A stretch of DNA of 64,000 nt from Phoronis australis. Its lineage: Eukaryota > Animalia > Phoronida. The stretch's first letter is position 1, and each line of letters starts with the position of its first letter. The stretch lies in contig NMRA01000077.1 of assembly GCA_002633005.1 (NCBI GenBank), forward strand, positions 955,818 to 1,019,817, written 5' to 3'. The position numbers and the translations under genes were made by a program. This document shows, one piece after another, positions 52,494-64,000 of this stretch. The notes under the pieces were generated by a model. It was not told where the DNA came from. It was given only the letters and a program-made list of their open reading frames with translations, and ran no database searches.

Positions 52494-53014
52494 CTATAAT
52501 GGAGATGTTATTTTTGTCTAACAGTATATCATGAACAAGAACATCGGCTAAGTGAAGTGAAACAAGTGTGATTTATGTAGCCTAGTAAGGCAAGCCAATA
52601 AGACAAACTTTATGATACATATTATATAGCCTGGTCAGGTGAATAAATAACACCAACGTTATGATACAAATAGCCTAGTCAGGAAAGTCAATGAGACCAC
52701 CTTAATGTTACTTGTAGCCTGATCAGGCAAACCAATAAAACCAAATTTATGATACATGTAGCCTAGTCAAGGTACCTAAACTACACGATCAACGGACTCA
52801 TAAACACGACTTACGCACCTGCAAACACTATCCACTGACTCTCAAACATGGGAACGGACTCACAAAACACGATCCACGCACACAAATACACGGGACACGG
52901 ACTCATATTCACGAGGAAACACGGTTAAAGGACCGCCAAACACGGGTCATGGACAAAATGGAAGATGTCAGCTGACCCAGGAAGCCGATGAGTCCGTAAA
53001 GAAAATACACTTAC

Positions 53015-53073
53015 CTTGTGTATAAATAAGATATGAAGTTCCCTGTAGCATCTCTGTTTTTTAATGGCTCATC
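53015..53073 (-). CDS. Nucleotidyltransferase exon (DEPLKNRDATGNFISYLYTR)
   Basis: Phase 0/2; GTAAGT donor. Confidence 0.88.
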
Positions 53074-54317
53074 CTAGAAAAAATGTCTTGCGTGAAAAAT
53101 ACTGTAAATATGATTTCTAACAGTTGAAGTGTCTCTCTCTTGAACTAAGTGACCTAATTGTTAATTCTAATCCAAGTTACAAATCACAATTATAACAAAA
53201 TATTTAATTCACTAGCCGTTACCCATCCGAAAGCACGGGTAGCAGCTAGTGGGAAACGCCGAGGGTAAATAGCTACACCTAAGAGTGAACCGAATGTTCA
53301 TCGCAAGAGACAGGAATACTTCTTGAAGAGACCGTGTTCAAGGCTTCAAGCAGAATTTCTGTCATTGTCAGATTTTAGAAGGCAAGGTGTGCAGCTGTGG
53401 GATTCTTTCCCCAGCCAGTACAAAATTCTTTCCAGAACATTTCACCCTGCCGTAACATAACGTATGGTAATCAGATATTCTTTTGAAGTGGAAACTAAGA
53501 ATGCATTAAAATATTGTATAGTGCACAAAATAGATGTATTTACAAAAGTTGCAATGTACATACTGAGGTAGAAAGCCAGCTAGCTGTATGAAGACTATCG
53601 TCAAATCACACTGCAGCTAGGTAGCCGTGTGTAGAGCTCCGTTAAACACCGAAATTTCACACAACCCGGGTGCTCAGCTCGTCACTTTGTCGTGAAAATT
53701 AGAGCTTACAACTTGCAGGGGTGCATGCAGAATATAGGAATGAACAGACATTCATCTTGCCCGTAACAGACGTTCATAGAAGTAAAAAAATCTAACGTTA
53801 TTTTTCGTTATTCTCCGCCTTGTAACTAAGGAACATCTGTCACCGTCATCATTTTGAAAACAGTGCGTACTCGTGACACGCGCACGTACGCGCCATTTCC
53901 TAAAATTTTGCGATATCTCTCGAGAGTTTGTTCTGAAATTGGCTTTTCTGGTTCTAAAATAGCAAAAACTTGTAACCAAATGAAACCTCACAGTTGATTG
54001 AAGAACATGGAAATTTGGCCAATAGGTGACGCCAATGCCAATTTTCCAACACCTGGGTAAACAATTTAGTTTACTCAAGGAAGTAATTCTTAATGAGGCG
54101 TCATTTATTTTGGCGGCGACAGGCCCTATGAATTATACACGCAAGAGAAACCAGAGGGAGTGAAATTAAGCCGACGAAGTGACATCACTAAGGCGGTTGA
54201 GCCGACGGTCTGATGTCACCAAGGCCAGTACAAAACTGGCCACCCTACCTCCGCGTCCGCAAAAAAACGTCCCGCGAGAAAAAAATAGTACACCTCAAAT
54301 CAAAATAGGGGGCCGGT

Positions 54318-54513
54318 GCAATACCTGGCACCAAGGCGGTGCCGAAACGGGCGCAACGAAGGTCTGCAGTGGGGCAGGGGTTACAGAATTTGTGCAAATG
54401 ATGTATTTTATATATAGCAATACCTGGCACCAAGGCAGTGCTGAAACAGCCGCAATGAAGATCTACAGTGGAGTGGGGGTGACGGAGTTTGTGCAAACGA
54501 TGTATTTTATATA
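54318..54513. repeat. About 99-bp tandem duplication
   Basis: GCAATACCTGGCACCAAGGC...TGTATTTTATATA occurs twice. Confidence 0.85.
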
Positions 54514-54607
54514 ATAGATAATATCGATACATAGCAGAATGAAAACAATTCATAAATTATTTTAATACTACTTCTGATAATGTGACTGCATGATCTGGAT
54601 AACAAAC

Positions 54608-54774
54608 CTTTTTCTCCAACAAAAACTGTGATAAGAGGGGTAAACTGTGATTCGATAGAAGATAGAAACACGGACACTGCTTCCTAGATAGCGTTGCTGT
54701 TGGCTGAGGCTTCTCCAAGAAGTTGATAACTTTGCCGCCATCATCCGTCTCCAGGATGCCATATTTATGGACAA
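54608..54774 (-). CDS. Nucleotidyltransferase exon (KYGILETDDGGKVINFLEKP...CPCFYLL)
   Basis: YGI...FxEKP sugar-phosphate-binding motif of the RmlA/GalU/GMPP-type enzymes. Confidence 0.92.
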
Positions 54775-55394
54775 CTGCAAGGAAATACCATGACTTTAAA
54801 ATACAAATCCAATTGTGGATTAACCATTTGGTTAAGTTGAAATGCAGCTAGCCCTTTCGACCACTCATTAACTGTGATCGAGATACCAAACAAAATCGGA
54901 CATAAAAATGCCACTCTCCCAAAAAATTGAATTGCATAGGGACAGAAAATGATAACATGACGCATTGGTTTTCAACATTGGTCCATAGATTTGAGGCTCT
55001 GTTGTAAACTGACCCAGACACGTTTTCCTAAAACAATTTCTGCACACATAACCATTATGGCTTGTGAAGGAGTATCTCAACTCAAAACTCAATATGGCTA
55101 GAGTAAAAGTACCTCAACTCTGAGCTCATTATGGCTTGTAAAGGAGTACCTCAACTCGGAACTCATTATGGCTTGTGTAGGAGTATCTCAGCTCAGAACC
55201 ACAGTTCAAATAAACAAGTCAGATTTCAGGTTGGTATTTGTGAGTGGGATGACTAAAACAATAATCTCAAATTATATTACAGAAAGGGTAGGTTTAACAA
55301 ATGAAAAGAATGGACTGAAAAAGAATGAACCGAAAGTGAAACCTATAATTTTTATTCCACTGATGGGGAGAAAAGAAGCTGCAGACATAATCAC

Positions 55395-55510
55395 CTTCAT
55401 CTGGACAATTAACATAGACAACTAAGCTAGACCTTGGGTCAACAATCTGTCTCTCCTCAAAGGCTTCAATAAACTCTTTTAGTCTAAAATCGTCGTAGAA
55501 CAAAGTGTCC
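55395..55510 (-). CDS. Nucleotidyltransferase exon (DTLFYDDFRLKEF...VYVNCPDE)
   Basis: Phase 2/1; AG/GT boundaries. Confidence 0.88.
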
Positions 55511-55749
55511 CTGAAAAGACAATATACCGTAATTACAGCAAAACAGTCCACAAGGAAAGGCTTAAAACTCAACAAAAAAGTTTATAACTATTGTCACATT
55601 TCACAGGTTCAGAAATTCAGCATCTAAATACATCCATTGACAACAGCAGCAATGAAAAGCATTGAAATTCACCAATGTCTGCGCTGCCAGCGGCATGCTT
55701 CTTGGGTTGTTTATTAGAATCGTAAAATAATATATAAAATAATATATAA

Positions 55750-56660
55750 AATAAAAAGGCCACTAGGGAATATAGCACACCTGTAAGTAAAATCTGTCTG
55801 GAACAAGGCAAGTGCTGTCATCTCCTTTATAGAAACTTATTTGACAAATTTCCATTTAGGAACTTGACAGATTTAGAACCATACGCAAAGAAAACCTACT
55901 CACAATTAATGTCAGGTGTACCCAGATACCAAATTTCATGATCCACTGTCTTGAGAAACTTAGAGATAAAGGCAAAAAGAAATTTACTGGAAGGGGTGCC
56001 ATAGTGGTTGGACCCATCAGAAAATCAATGTCAGTTGTGATAAGAACACATCTGTAAAATTTCACGAGGATCCTTCATTAAGCGCTTTCAAACTGTTGAA
56101 TAGAGAGGCAGATGCCAAAAAGACGCAAATATAATAAAAATGGCCATTAGGGTGCGCAGAATACATTGAATCCATCCAGAAATGGCAAGTGTCGCTGCCT
56201 CTTTAATAGAAACTTCCTAGACAAATTTTATGAAAATACACAAGGAACTTGTTAGGTATAGAGGCATAAACATAGACAAGCTGATATGCAGCAGTTCGAC
56301 CTGTTCTAATTCATAGTCAGCCATGCTCATCTCAATAGGACCACATCTGTGAAATTTCATGATGATCCTTTGAGTAGTTTGACGGATAGAGGTGGACACC
56401 AAAAACATGCAAAAATAATGAAAAAGGACATCAAGTTCCTTTTGATGAATTTCATGAAAATCCAAGGAACTTGGTGGATATAGCGGATAACATAAAAATA
56501 AAATTGCCACTAGGGGGCGCAAATGTAGTAGAATTTTCTCGAGAATTCACTCGTGGCATCTACTCAATTATGGCAACATGTCTGTAAAATTTCACAAACA
56601 TCCTGTCCATCAAGGCAGTGGTCACTGGATAGATGTGACGTCATGTGGGCCCATAAAAAT
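55750..56660 (+). mobile_element. Old HINE-like repeat copy
   Basis: CCACTAGGGGGCGC modules and an ATGTGGGCCCATAAAAA end. Confidence 0.6.
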
Positions 56661-57228
56661 GAATGCATTTAAAGTTTGAGGTTACATCACAGCATTAAAA
56701 ACTGCTCATTTGCAATACTGCAACATCTAGTCCAGTCTTCAGGCATACTAGTAATGCAGTTCAAATAAGTTACAGTAAGAACGTGTCCAAGACAGAAAGA
56801 TCACTGGTGTTAGAGGTGATAGGTTGTAATATAACCATGAGTGATACGGCTTGTGGCAGCAACTAGAAGAACACAGGAGTGCCCTTGATTGCACTGATAC
56901 TATTATATTGACTCATTTACAGCATTTTGTTTACAAACCATGAACTCAGATACAAAGTTAATGACTTCAACCAGTGACCAGACTGACAACTGGGAGACTG
57001 AGGCAACACAATACAGTAATTCTAGCATAATTCTAACAATTACACTAGCTACCTTTGCAAACTACAACAGTTACTGTACAATTCCTGCATAGCACCTATC
57101 AAACCTAGGTGATCTGCTATTGATGCATAACATTCCTCATTGGTAAGCAATAAGCTCGGTGGGGAGTCATAGTTTCATTTCATTGTACTATAAGGTCATG
57201 AACTCCAAGGTCAAGGGTTAAAACTTAC

Positions 57229-57308
57229 CCAGCAATAACCAGCAGGTGGTCCTCTATGTTGAACTGTTTCACAATCAGTTCTATTCCTCCAATTGCACCG
57301 AGTCTGCC
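57229..57308 (-). CDS. Sugar-1-phosphate nucleotidyltransferase-family protein, first visible exon (GRLGAIGGIELIVKQFNIEDHLLVIAG)
   Basis: Joins the next exon to give LVIAGDTLF, an NTP_transferase motif; GTAAGT donor. Confidence 0.88.
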
Positions 57309-57690
57309 CTGCATGAGCACAAGAAGCAAGAATACACGTTGCAATTATTTTAAATACTTTTCAAATTTCAAAGAGGCGATGAATTCAAACATGAACCATG
57401 GAAAATATTGTTATACAATAACTGGGGCAAGACGGCCATCCTTATTCAATACATAGCTACATTCATAAGAGCATGGCACTGATTTCCAGACTTGGTTAGT
57501 CTCAGACATTTCCATAAATTTGGGCACTAAAGTATGCATGTGCTAGCTTAATTTTCTGTTAGCTTTAACTTCTTCTATTGATAAGATATTTTCAAGGACT
57601 AAATTTTCTCAGCAGAGATATCCTTTTTCAAAATCAAACACTACAAAACACTCAATTTCAAATTTGAGAAATTGGAATCACTATCTACAT

Positions 57691-58507
57691 NNNNNNNNNN
57701 NNNNNNNNNNNNNNNNNNNNNNNNNNNNNNNNNNNNNNNNNNNNNNNNNNNNNNNNNNNNNNNNNNNNNNNNNNNNNNNNNNNNNNNNNNNNNNNNNNNN
57801 NNNNNNNNNNNNNNNNNNNNNNNNNNNNNNNNNNNNNNNNNNNNNNNNNNNNNNNNNNNNNNNNNNNNNNNNNNNNNNNNNNNNNNNNNNNNNNNNNNNN
57901 NNNNNNNNNNNNNNNNNNNNNNNNNNNNNNNNNNNNNNNNNNNNNNNNNNNNNNNNNNNNNNNNNNNNNNNNNNNNNNNNNNNNNNNNNNNNNNNNNNNN
58001 NNNNNNNNNNNNNNNNNNNNNNNNNNNNNNNNNNNNNNNNNNNNNNNNNNNNNNNNNNNNNNNNNNNNNNNNNNNNNNNNNNNNNNNNNNNNNNNNNNNN
58101 NNNNNNNNNNNNNNNNNNNNNNNNNNNNNNNNNNNNNNNNNNNNNNNNNNNNNNNNNNNNNNNNNNNNNNNNNNNNNNNNNNNNNNNNNNNNNNNNNNNN
58201 NNNNNNNNNNNNNNNNNNNNNNNNNNNNNNNNNNNNNNNNNNNNNNNNNNNNNNNNNNNNNNNNNNNNNNNNNNNNNNNNNNNNNNNNNNNNNNNNNNNN
58301 NNNNNNNNNNNNNNNNNNNNNNNNNNNNNNNNNNNNNNNNNNNNNNNNNNNNNNNNNNNNNNNNNNNNNNNNNNNNNNNNNNNNNNNNNNNNNNNNNNNN
58401 NNNNNNNNNNNNNNNNNNNNNNNNNNNNNNNNNNNNNNNNNNNNNNNNNNNNNNNNNNNNNNNNNNNNNNNNNNNNNNNNNNNNNNNNNNNNNNNNNNNN
58501 NNNNNNN
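57691..58507. other. Assembly gap
   Basis: Run of N. Confidence 1.
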
Positions 58508-58790
58508 AAAGATGATGACGAAGATGACGAATATGACGACGATGGTGGCGAGGATGAACAAAAGAAGTAATAATAACATACACATGACAAACGTAGAAGT
58601 CCGAAATCAGTAAGAAAAAGGCTACAGTCTTGAGCGACACTTGGCGAAATTAACGGAAAAGACAACGACGGAGATGATGACGAAGATGATGACGAATATG
58701 ATGATGGTGGTGGCGATGATGAACAACATCACAACATTCATATGACAAACTTAGATGTCATAAATTAATAAGAAATAGGCTACAGTCTAG
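58508..58790. repeat. About 160-bp GAT/GAC-rich tandem repeat next to the gap
   Basis: GATGATGACGAAGATGA...ATGACAAAC...TAAGAAA..GGCTACAGTCT occurs twice; a related decayed copy lies at about 60000-60190. Confidence 0.7.
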
Positions 58791-58819
58791 TTCAATAGAA
58801 GATAAACCAACATCAATGC

Positions 58820-59655
58820 AGCAAGAGCGCTCAACAAAGGAACAGCGTTATCAGAAAATCTCAAATAACTCAAAAAGTAAACGCCCTAGCGAAAAATGGA
58901 AAACATCTTCTGAAAGCCCGTTCAAAATTCTATCTAAACTGATAGTATCGCCTAATTCCGTAAATTTTTCGAAAAAAATGAAATTTTGCGTTTCTTTAAG
59001 TAATTCAAAGTCAAATAACTCGAAAACGGTAAGCCTGAGAAAAAAATTGTTAGGGGCCATTTGAAACAATATACCTCAAAGAATCCAAATGCAAAATATC
59101 ACGTCTTTTTCTCTTCCCGTTTAAAATCGCACTCCAGCACGACTGAAAATGGGTCAATATGCACCAGATCCGCCATCTCGAAAACAACTTCCGGTTTTTT
59201 GGCTTTGTATAATAGCATGTCACAAGAAACTAATGGCTGTAAAAATTCGAAGGAATTGGTTTTATAATGCGCCCTTTACAGGAGAAAACGTTTTTAGGCC
59301 AAAATCGAGGTGCGCATGCGCCATCGCCGATATTTCCGCCATCTTTAACCTGAAGTAAACAATTTCCGGTAAACTTGTAGGAGACTTCCGGTCCATTTAC
59401 TGTGCCGATTCTTAGCCTTTTGCGTAAAAAATTGTAGCCTCCAGAAGCATTTGAACCTTTAAATGAAAACAAAATGGCCGCCACAGCCGCCATCTTGGAT
59501 CCGATTTTGACGAAAAACAATAGGCTTTTAGTACTTCCGGAAATACGTGTTATGTGTAAATTTCGTGATGATCGGACGAAAATTGCAACCTGTATCGTGC
59601 GATCAAAAAAAAATAATAAACTTAGTGACACAGCAACATACTTGGCAATCACAAC
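58820..59655 (+). mobile_element. Second HINE-like family member
   Basis: CAAGAGCGCTCAAC start; typical GCCGCCATCTTGGATCCGATTTTGACGAAAAACAATAGG and AAATTTCGTGATGATCGG modules. Confidence 0.5.
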
Positions 59656-60759
59656 TGTTATGCTCTGTTACATAGAAATCTTAGTGATTTTATTTTTAAA
59701 TGTCATAATACGGGGCTGCATTAATATCTTCACTGTTTTGTTTTGTGTTTATGTTTCTCTTGATAGGTTCTCCTTTATTACTGTAACATTTTGTTCTCGT
59801 TTTTTGCTTTCTTTACTTTTTGTCTTTTTGTACAATATGTTTTGTTTAAGTAAGTCATTGCATTATAGTTAAAGGCCTGGATATAATGGTTCGCTTTCTG
59901 TACTAAATATTTATATTTTATGTATTTCATTTATTTATGTAGCAAGAAAAAAGAACGGCGATTTGCTACAACAGGCGCTGTTCCTTTTTCATCAGTCAAC
60001 ATGGACGACGATAATGACAATGACAGATACGATCGTGAGAGAGACGATGAAGGTGATGACGAGAGCAGACGTATTAATAACAATGACGAAATCGACCAAT
60101 GACATTGATGATGTTATCTGTAAGGCCATCAAGTTTTCTCATTTGATATACAATCTAGAGATGAATAGAAAAAATAGAGCTACAATTGTCTCTGTTATCC
60201 CATGCTAGAGAAAGGCCTCTGGAAAAATATAGTTTTGGACTTGTAAAATTGTCTGAGTTTAAAAAGTCAGTGAATTAATGTACTCTGTAAAAGGTACACT
60301 TTACAAATTTTCTCGATATTTCGAAGTACAAGTATGAATGAACTTTCAAGTGTGTTTAGATATGTATGCTACAAAAACGGAGACCCTAACAAAAATTTCC
60401 TGGCCAGGGCCCTTACAGTTGTCTTTTGAAACATTCCCTTGAACTTTCTTTCTTATCCGTATTCGCAGTCTCTCATTTCTCGACTGTCCCCGGTCTCTCG
60501 CCCATATCAGTTGCCACGGTTTAACCCAGACGCTTGTAAATTTTTGTGGGGCACGTGTCCCCCTCTGCGATGCCTTCAAATTTTCCCAGCTTCATACAGC
60601 CCTGCACTGTATTCCAAAGACCACACTAGCTATTTTTTCTTAGGTTGTTTGTCCTTAGGGTGCACAACTTTTTGTCTGAAACTGCCAACAGGTTTAAATT
60701 ACATGGTGATGTCAAATATCCTGAACATCGCCGGACAACACTGATCTCCGGCGATGTTG

Positions 60760-61122
60760 TCGGCTACTTGTTGGTATTTTGTTGATTGAAAGGTTCGCAC
60801 CGTTCATTAATTGCACGGGTATTTGCGCTTCATTGAATGGCCACGTTATCACCACGGCCCGTATCTGTAGCTGGATTATTTGTTGTACCAGCATCTGAAT
60901 CAATGTCTGTATCTGGAACATCTCTCGGTTTGTAAAATAATCCTTGAATTCTTTAAGTATGTAGAATGTGCATGTCAATAATGATGCTGAATCAAATAAT
61001 CGCGGAGAGCGGAAAAATGTCGGAAAATTAATAAACGTAGAGACCCGAATAAGCGTCGTATAGACCGGAAAACGAGTCTGAAAAAAATAATCGTATAGAT
61101 ACGGCTATGCGGAACTCGAGAG
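60760..61122. mobile_element. Internally deleted right end of the 21434-25341 element family
   Basis: Matches 24700-24960 fused to the TIR; ends GGAACTCGAGAG followed by TA. Confidence 0.8.
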
Positions 61123-62679
61123 TAGCCTTGACAGTGACCACCGTCTCTAGTTGAACTAGAGAAGGTAGTCACTGTCTAAAGTAGCCTTTGTAAAGACTCA
61201 ACGTGGCATCAAAACCACTCAATCGTTTTTAAAAACTCAAAAAGTATTCTACACAGTGAGAGCTTTCGTTTGAACACCTTTTCATGCAATGCTGTTAAAC
61301 TTGAAATTTTGGTTTGCTCACCCTGGCCTACGTAAGAAATGCATTTTTCATATATGCAAGACAGAGTATAGGAACATGGGTCGTTCGAAAATCTGAGGGA
61401 GACACAATAATACATACCATTCTTGTTAGAGAAAACCCTGGACAACTCATGACATGTAGGCCTATTCCATAAAACAGCAGTTCGAGTTCAACACAAAGCT
61501 GTACAAATCTTGAGGCAGAGCCACTACTTGCAACCAACAACAAACAGGTCAGCCTGAATCATGGCAATGCATGATGTCCCTACCTCACCCTGAGTTTTAC
61601 ACAAAAGCAGCAGACGTGGACTTGAACTTCATTATGAAATATACCAGATGGACATATGGCAAGATAATTCACGCGTGCACTTAGTATGCAATGTCAGGGG
61701 CAAAGATAAGTTGATGAACACCTGTGGCTTTACATGGCGCGAACTAATCAAGAGAGTCATCTTTGGGGGCACAGAACATTTCTCAAAGGGGTTTTCCTAT
61801 AAGAGCACATCTCAATGGACTCGTCACGCTTTCTTCACTCTGTCAAAAATTGCAGGCAAAGAAAGAAAAGTTTTGAGTCAGTTCACAACACAAGCCCGGC
61901 TACACAGTACACATAAGCTAGGAAAAATACGAGCAAAGAAACGCAAATCGGCACTTTTCACCGCAAAACCACCACTTCCCTGCCGATGCTCGCTTACAGT
62001 CTATAGCCAATTCCGAAAGCAAATTTCCTACCGCGGCCAATTTCTCAGTTGCTACCCAGCAATGTACCGTCGCCGGTCACCGGTGTCTACTTTGCTGCAG
62101 GGGGCCGCCATTTTGAAGAAGAGTGCAGCTCACAGCCGAGCAAGTGTTTTTTCATTCTCAGCATGTTCACAAATACAAACAAGCCACATTCACTTAACCT
62201 ATATACAATACCTAACCTAAGTCCGGCTTACCCCTAGATTTTAATATTTTGTGCAAACTGGCCTCGGCCGCATCCTAACTGTTCTCGAGGCTCAACTGCT
62301 CAGTGGCACCAAAGACGCTACGGTCTGGTGAGTGGTGGCACATTGCGAAGCGTGATTGCAGCGACATTGGCGGCAAAATGTTTGAATTGAAGCACTCCCC
62401 CAACCAACAGGTGCGCTAAGAATCGCGCCGTGTTGTTATGGTATTATTGTCCAATCAAAAAGCCTTTTTTTCGCCTGCCCGATGTGGTATGTTTGCGCGA
62501 TCACAGTTGATACGAAATTCATCGGCCGTGGTTTGTTGTGGTTCATCCTATAATTTCCCATAAGGGACGAATATACCAACTTTAAATGTAAGTATTGTTT
62601 TCATACGTTTAAAAGTGAATTTAAGGTTCATAAGTGCAATTTATGTTGTCTGCCTGTCATCGTTTTTACGTCGCGACCA

Positions 62680-63077
62680 CAGGCGTCCTTAGCTTCTGAT
62701 ACTCTGATAGTCTGATAGTCTCCAATCCAATTACACTAGACTGCAAGGTATGACACGGGTGCTTCAGTTCAGTCGTCCATATCAAACACATTACTTTATG
62801 AATTTATACATGGCTGGTGTTTAGCAAACCATGAGCAATTGTTCTAACTTCTTTCTTCTGATAGCATTTACGGTGTCCGACTCCAGCTAGTCCCCAATCA
62901 AAACACAAAAACAGGCGTCCTCAACTTTTGACCGTCTCCAACACACTATATAGAATACTACAAGGTATGACACTCCAGATTAGAAATTTCACAGGTGCTT
63001 CACGTCAGCCGTCCATAGCAAACACAAAACTCTATAAAAGTACACAGGGATTCAACAAACCATGAGGAATTGTTCTT
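62680..63077. repeat. Diverged direct repeat, about 230-bp period
   Basis: CAGGCGTCCT...CAAGGTATGACAC...GTCCATA...CAAACCATGAG.AATTGTTCT occurs twice. Confidence 0.7.
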
Positions 63078-64000
63078 TCTGCCAATACCATATATACTCC
63101 GAAGCCCTATAGTCGTCAGCCTAAGCATAAAACCGGCTTGTTGTCTTACTCACCCAATTATTCCATTTCAAAGTTATGATCTGAATAGGACTTGATTTAA
63201 CTCTCACAAATATATAGTATTCGTTGATTCAAACGTTTTCTTTTACTTAAGCCGAGTTGTTCAACTGTGCACTGTTTTTCGGCAGCCATTTTATAATGGC
63301 GCCAAAGGTCGTCATGTGCTGCCGCCTTTTGAAAGGACAGAAAACCACACAGAAAAAGGCCAAGAAAATAGTGGAAAGTGGTTTACAGCAACTCTACTTC
63401 AACCACAAACTGTTTTACTGATATGATATCGATTTTTAAATCGATTAAAATTGATTTAGAATTTCAGTTCTGGAAAATAAATCACAATTGTTTTATTCCA
63501 GGCAGACCTTACTTATTTTGTATTTGTGACCTTTTTATTTGACTTTTTGCTCTTGTTGTTCTTAACGTCACTTATCTCTGCTGTCCTTCTTTTTCTTTTC
63601 AGTTTCTCTTCATTCTCTGTTAACACCTTGTCAGCCAAAACAGAACTGTAACCCTTTGAGACTTGGTCGGCGGAAGTTGATCATTGAACCTCGACACAAT
63701 TGTTCAAATAAATTACCCATAATTGTATTGTTTGATTTTTTCTCATCTTTAACAGGCTTCTGCATTCATAAATAAATAAATAAATACCCAAGTTGCATTT
63801 GAATTTTATTGCTCAATCTCTTCTTTTATTTTTGATTATGTTATGCTGTGTTGTATGTAACAATTGCAATATAGTGAAATAAAGTCAATGTTTTACTTTA
63901 TTGGTGGCCATTCTCTATCAATTCAAGTATTTTAATTTTCTTCAAATAAATTCAAAATGCTTTAACCAAAATTTTCAACATAAATGTTGAGTTCAGTACT

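Noticed and set aside
61648-62220. 190-aa plus-strand ORF
   Set aside because: No recognisable motif or splice context; composition is not convincingly protein-like.
63510-63682. Lys-rich minus-strand open stretch (SADQVSKGYSSVL...KRKRR...TNTK*)
   Set aside because: In-frame stop just upstream and no clear acceptor or start; possibly a decayed transposon ORF end.

Overview
Intron-rich, AT-rich eukaryotic (animal, probably invertebrate) genomic DNA with three assembly gaps (14258-15007, 16864-17090, 57691-58507). I reconstructed four spliced genes by hand from GT/AG sites with consistent codon phases. (1) SARNP/CIP29/Tho1: minus strand, 8 exons, 27411->6887, about 230 aa. (2) COASY, bifunctional PPAT/dephospho-CoA kinase: plus strand, 8 coding exons, 29397->44969, about 536 aa, head-to-head with SARNP and ending in a PTS1-like tripeptide SKM. 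(3) An unrecognised small gene: minus strand, at least 3 exons, 48002->45614, convergent with COASY and missed by the ORF track. (4) The 3' five exons of a sugar-1-phosphate nucleotidyltransferase-family gene: minus strand, 57308->52394, with its 5' exons not visible. Most of the remaining sequence is decayed transposons: a DIRS remnant, Harbinger-, Kolobok-, Merlin-, hAT- and mariner-like non-autonomous elements, an RNase H-bearing LINE 3' end, and a Penelope fragment with a hammerhead-ribozyme motif. There are also many copies of a Helentron/HINE-like repeat packed with CTCF-consensus motifs, and several minisatellites. All family assignments come from motif recognition only; no searches were run.
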